Below, in pieces: positions 62,807-64,000 of a DNA stretch of 64,000 nt. The notes under the pieces are model-generated. The model worked only from the letters and a program-made list of their open reading frames with translations, was not told where the DNA came from and did not search any database. The number at the start of each line of letters is the position of its first letter. Position 1 is the first letter of the stretch. The translations under genes were made by a program, and so were the position numbers. The DNA is from Paraphysomonas bandaiensis (Eukaryota; Protista; Chrysophyceae), in contig CBFFRP010000377.1 in assembly GCA_965644295.1 (NCBI GenBank), forward strand, positions 214,361 through 278,360, read 5' to 3'.

Positions 62807-64000
62807 ATAGTAGTGAATGTCTGATTATTTAGCAATAGGCGTTGAGACCTTGCATCAATTAGTGGCTAGTAGAATGCTAGTCATACTAGTTAGACCACTA
62901 CCCGTAACTAATCAATACAAACTCTTTTATCCTACTATTTAACGCTACGAAAGCTGCTTGTGCGTCGCCGCAAGCACCAAGGTGCAACCACTTCCGTTCT
63001 TTTTGTGTGATATGAAATTCGCCTTTATCGTGTGTCCGTGGACTCACCGGCGCTTTTGATCTGGGGGTCTCCCTTTGGGATGGGTCTCCATTGGTTTTGG
63101 AGGGGGCTCAGCATTCTGAATTAGGGTCCTGAGTGCACCTAGTTCCAGATGTGTCCGCACATGCCTAGATACAACATGAGTGGAGTCTGCCCAGGGTTTG
63201 TTGCCATTCGCGAGATGCTGGGCAACTAGTAGGGCGCTGTGCGTGGTGTCCAATTTGTGCTCTGGTAGCGTGAATGATATCATGAGATCATAGTTGTCCG
63301 TCCTGGAAGCCTTGGCTATGAATCCTTCCCATATGTCTAAACAGGCAGGGGATAGCATGTGTGCGTATATTTCTTTTAAAAGGTTTCCCTGTGGGGAGGC
63401 AGCAATGGTTTGGGTTTCATCATATCTAACCCAGTTGTTCAGCAGATCGGAGTGAAAGGGCGTGTGACCCCGGCCCTCTGTGTAGTGTAGGGGGTATGTG
63501 GCAATATCCTTGGGCAGTACATCCGGCCTGAGGTCAGGAGTGGTAGTGGAGAGTGAGGATGGGCCGTCTGGGGCTAATGCTGGAGTTCCCATGGTGTTCA
63601 GTTGAGTAGGGTTGGTGGTAGGTGGCTTCCGTTTGACTGGGAAATAGTCAAATAACGTTGCATACGGTGTGGTGGCATCCTTAGTGGATAAGGGTAATGT
63701 GTGGGTGGATTTGCTAGGTCCGTCACCGCTGTTATCGGAGGAGAATTCCTTCCCCTGAAGGGCGTGGGAGGGATGGTTGATGGACCTGGCACGGTGGACT
63801 CCTTGCATTCCCTTGGAATGACATTGCAACACATTTTGGAGACGCATGATGACGAAGTCAGGAATTCTCTCGAGTAGCGCGTGTAGTTCCAACTCCACCG
63901 GGTATTTGGTGTCCAGGAAGAAGTGATCGTTGGAGCAAAACACATCATAAGATGGAAGGAATTGAGTTTGTGGAAGGAAGGAGGAATAGTGGGTGGACCA
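62807..64000 (-). mobile_element. 3' end of a LINE-like (non-LTR) element, probable autonomous partner of the SINE-like family
   Basis: Frame open from the window edge to the stop at 63044, then a ~240-bp 3' UTR whose last ~190 bp match the SINE-like tail. A 5'-truncated homolog lies at 44020-44372. No RT domain is visible within the window. Confidence 0.65.

Noticed and set aside
1-64000. CRISPR arrays, rRNA or intact tRNA genes
   Set aside because: None seen: no regularly spaced repeat-spacer units and no complete cloverleaf with a T-loop/B box found by eye.

Overview
Eukaryotic, gene-dense genomic DNA with very short (~40-55 nt) GT-AG introns. Gene content and the copia type suggest a stramenopile; this is inference. 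Host genes: 3' part of a Dicer, ARP1/centractin, a METTL6-like tRNA methyltransferase, NOM1/Sgd1, a DUF389 membrane protein, a P5A ATPase (Spf1/ATP13A1), an unknown gene, XPC/Rad4, a Sec1-like (SCFD2-type) protein, a three-repeat myristoylated protein, a myotubularin and a SETD3/LSMT-like SET protein. Intergenic DNA is rich in mobile elements: two young full-length Ty1/copia elements, a SINE-like family with 13-15 bp TSDs that shares its 3' tail with a LINE-like element at the window end, a hAT family with exact 8-bp TSDs, a TA-flanked MITE and a long (TATG)n tract. Top finding: the copia element at 36353-41451 has no tRNA primer-binding site. The 15 nt after its 5' LTR plus the last LTR base (16 nt) are the exact reverse complement of a sequence inside its own LTR. 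This is the geometry of Tf1-type self-primed reverse transcription, here in a Ty1/copia element. The gag start codon lies inside the predicted primer duplex, the LTR ends are non-canonical and the integrase appears to be D-D-D.
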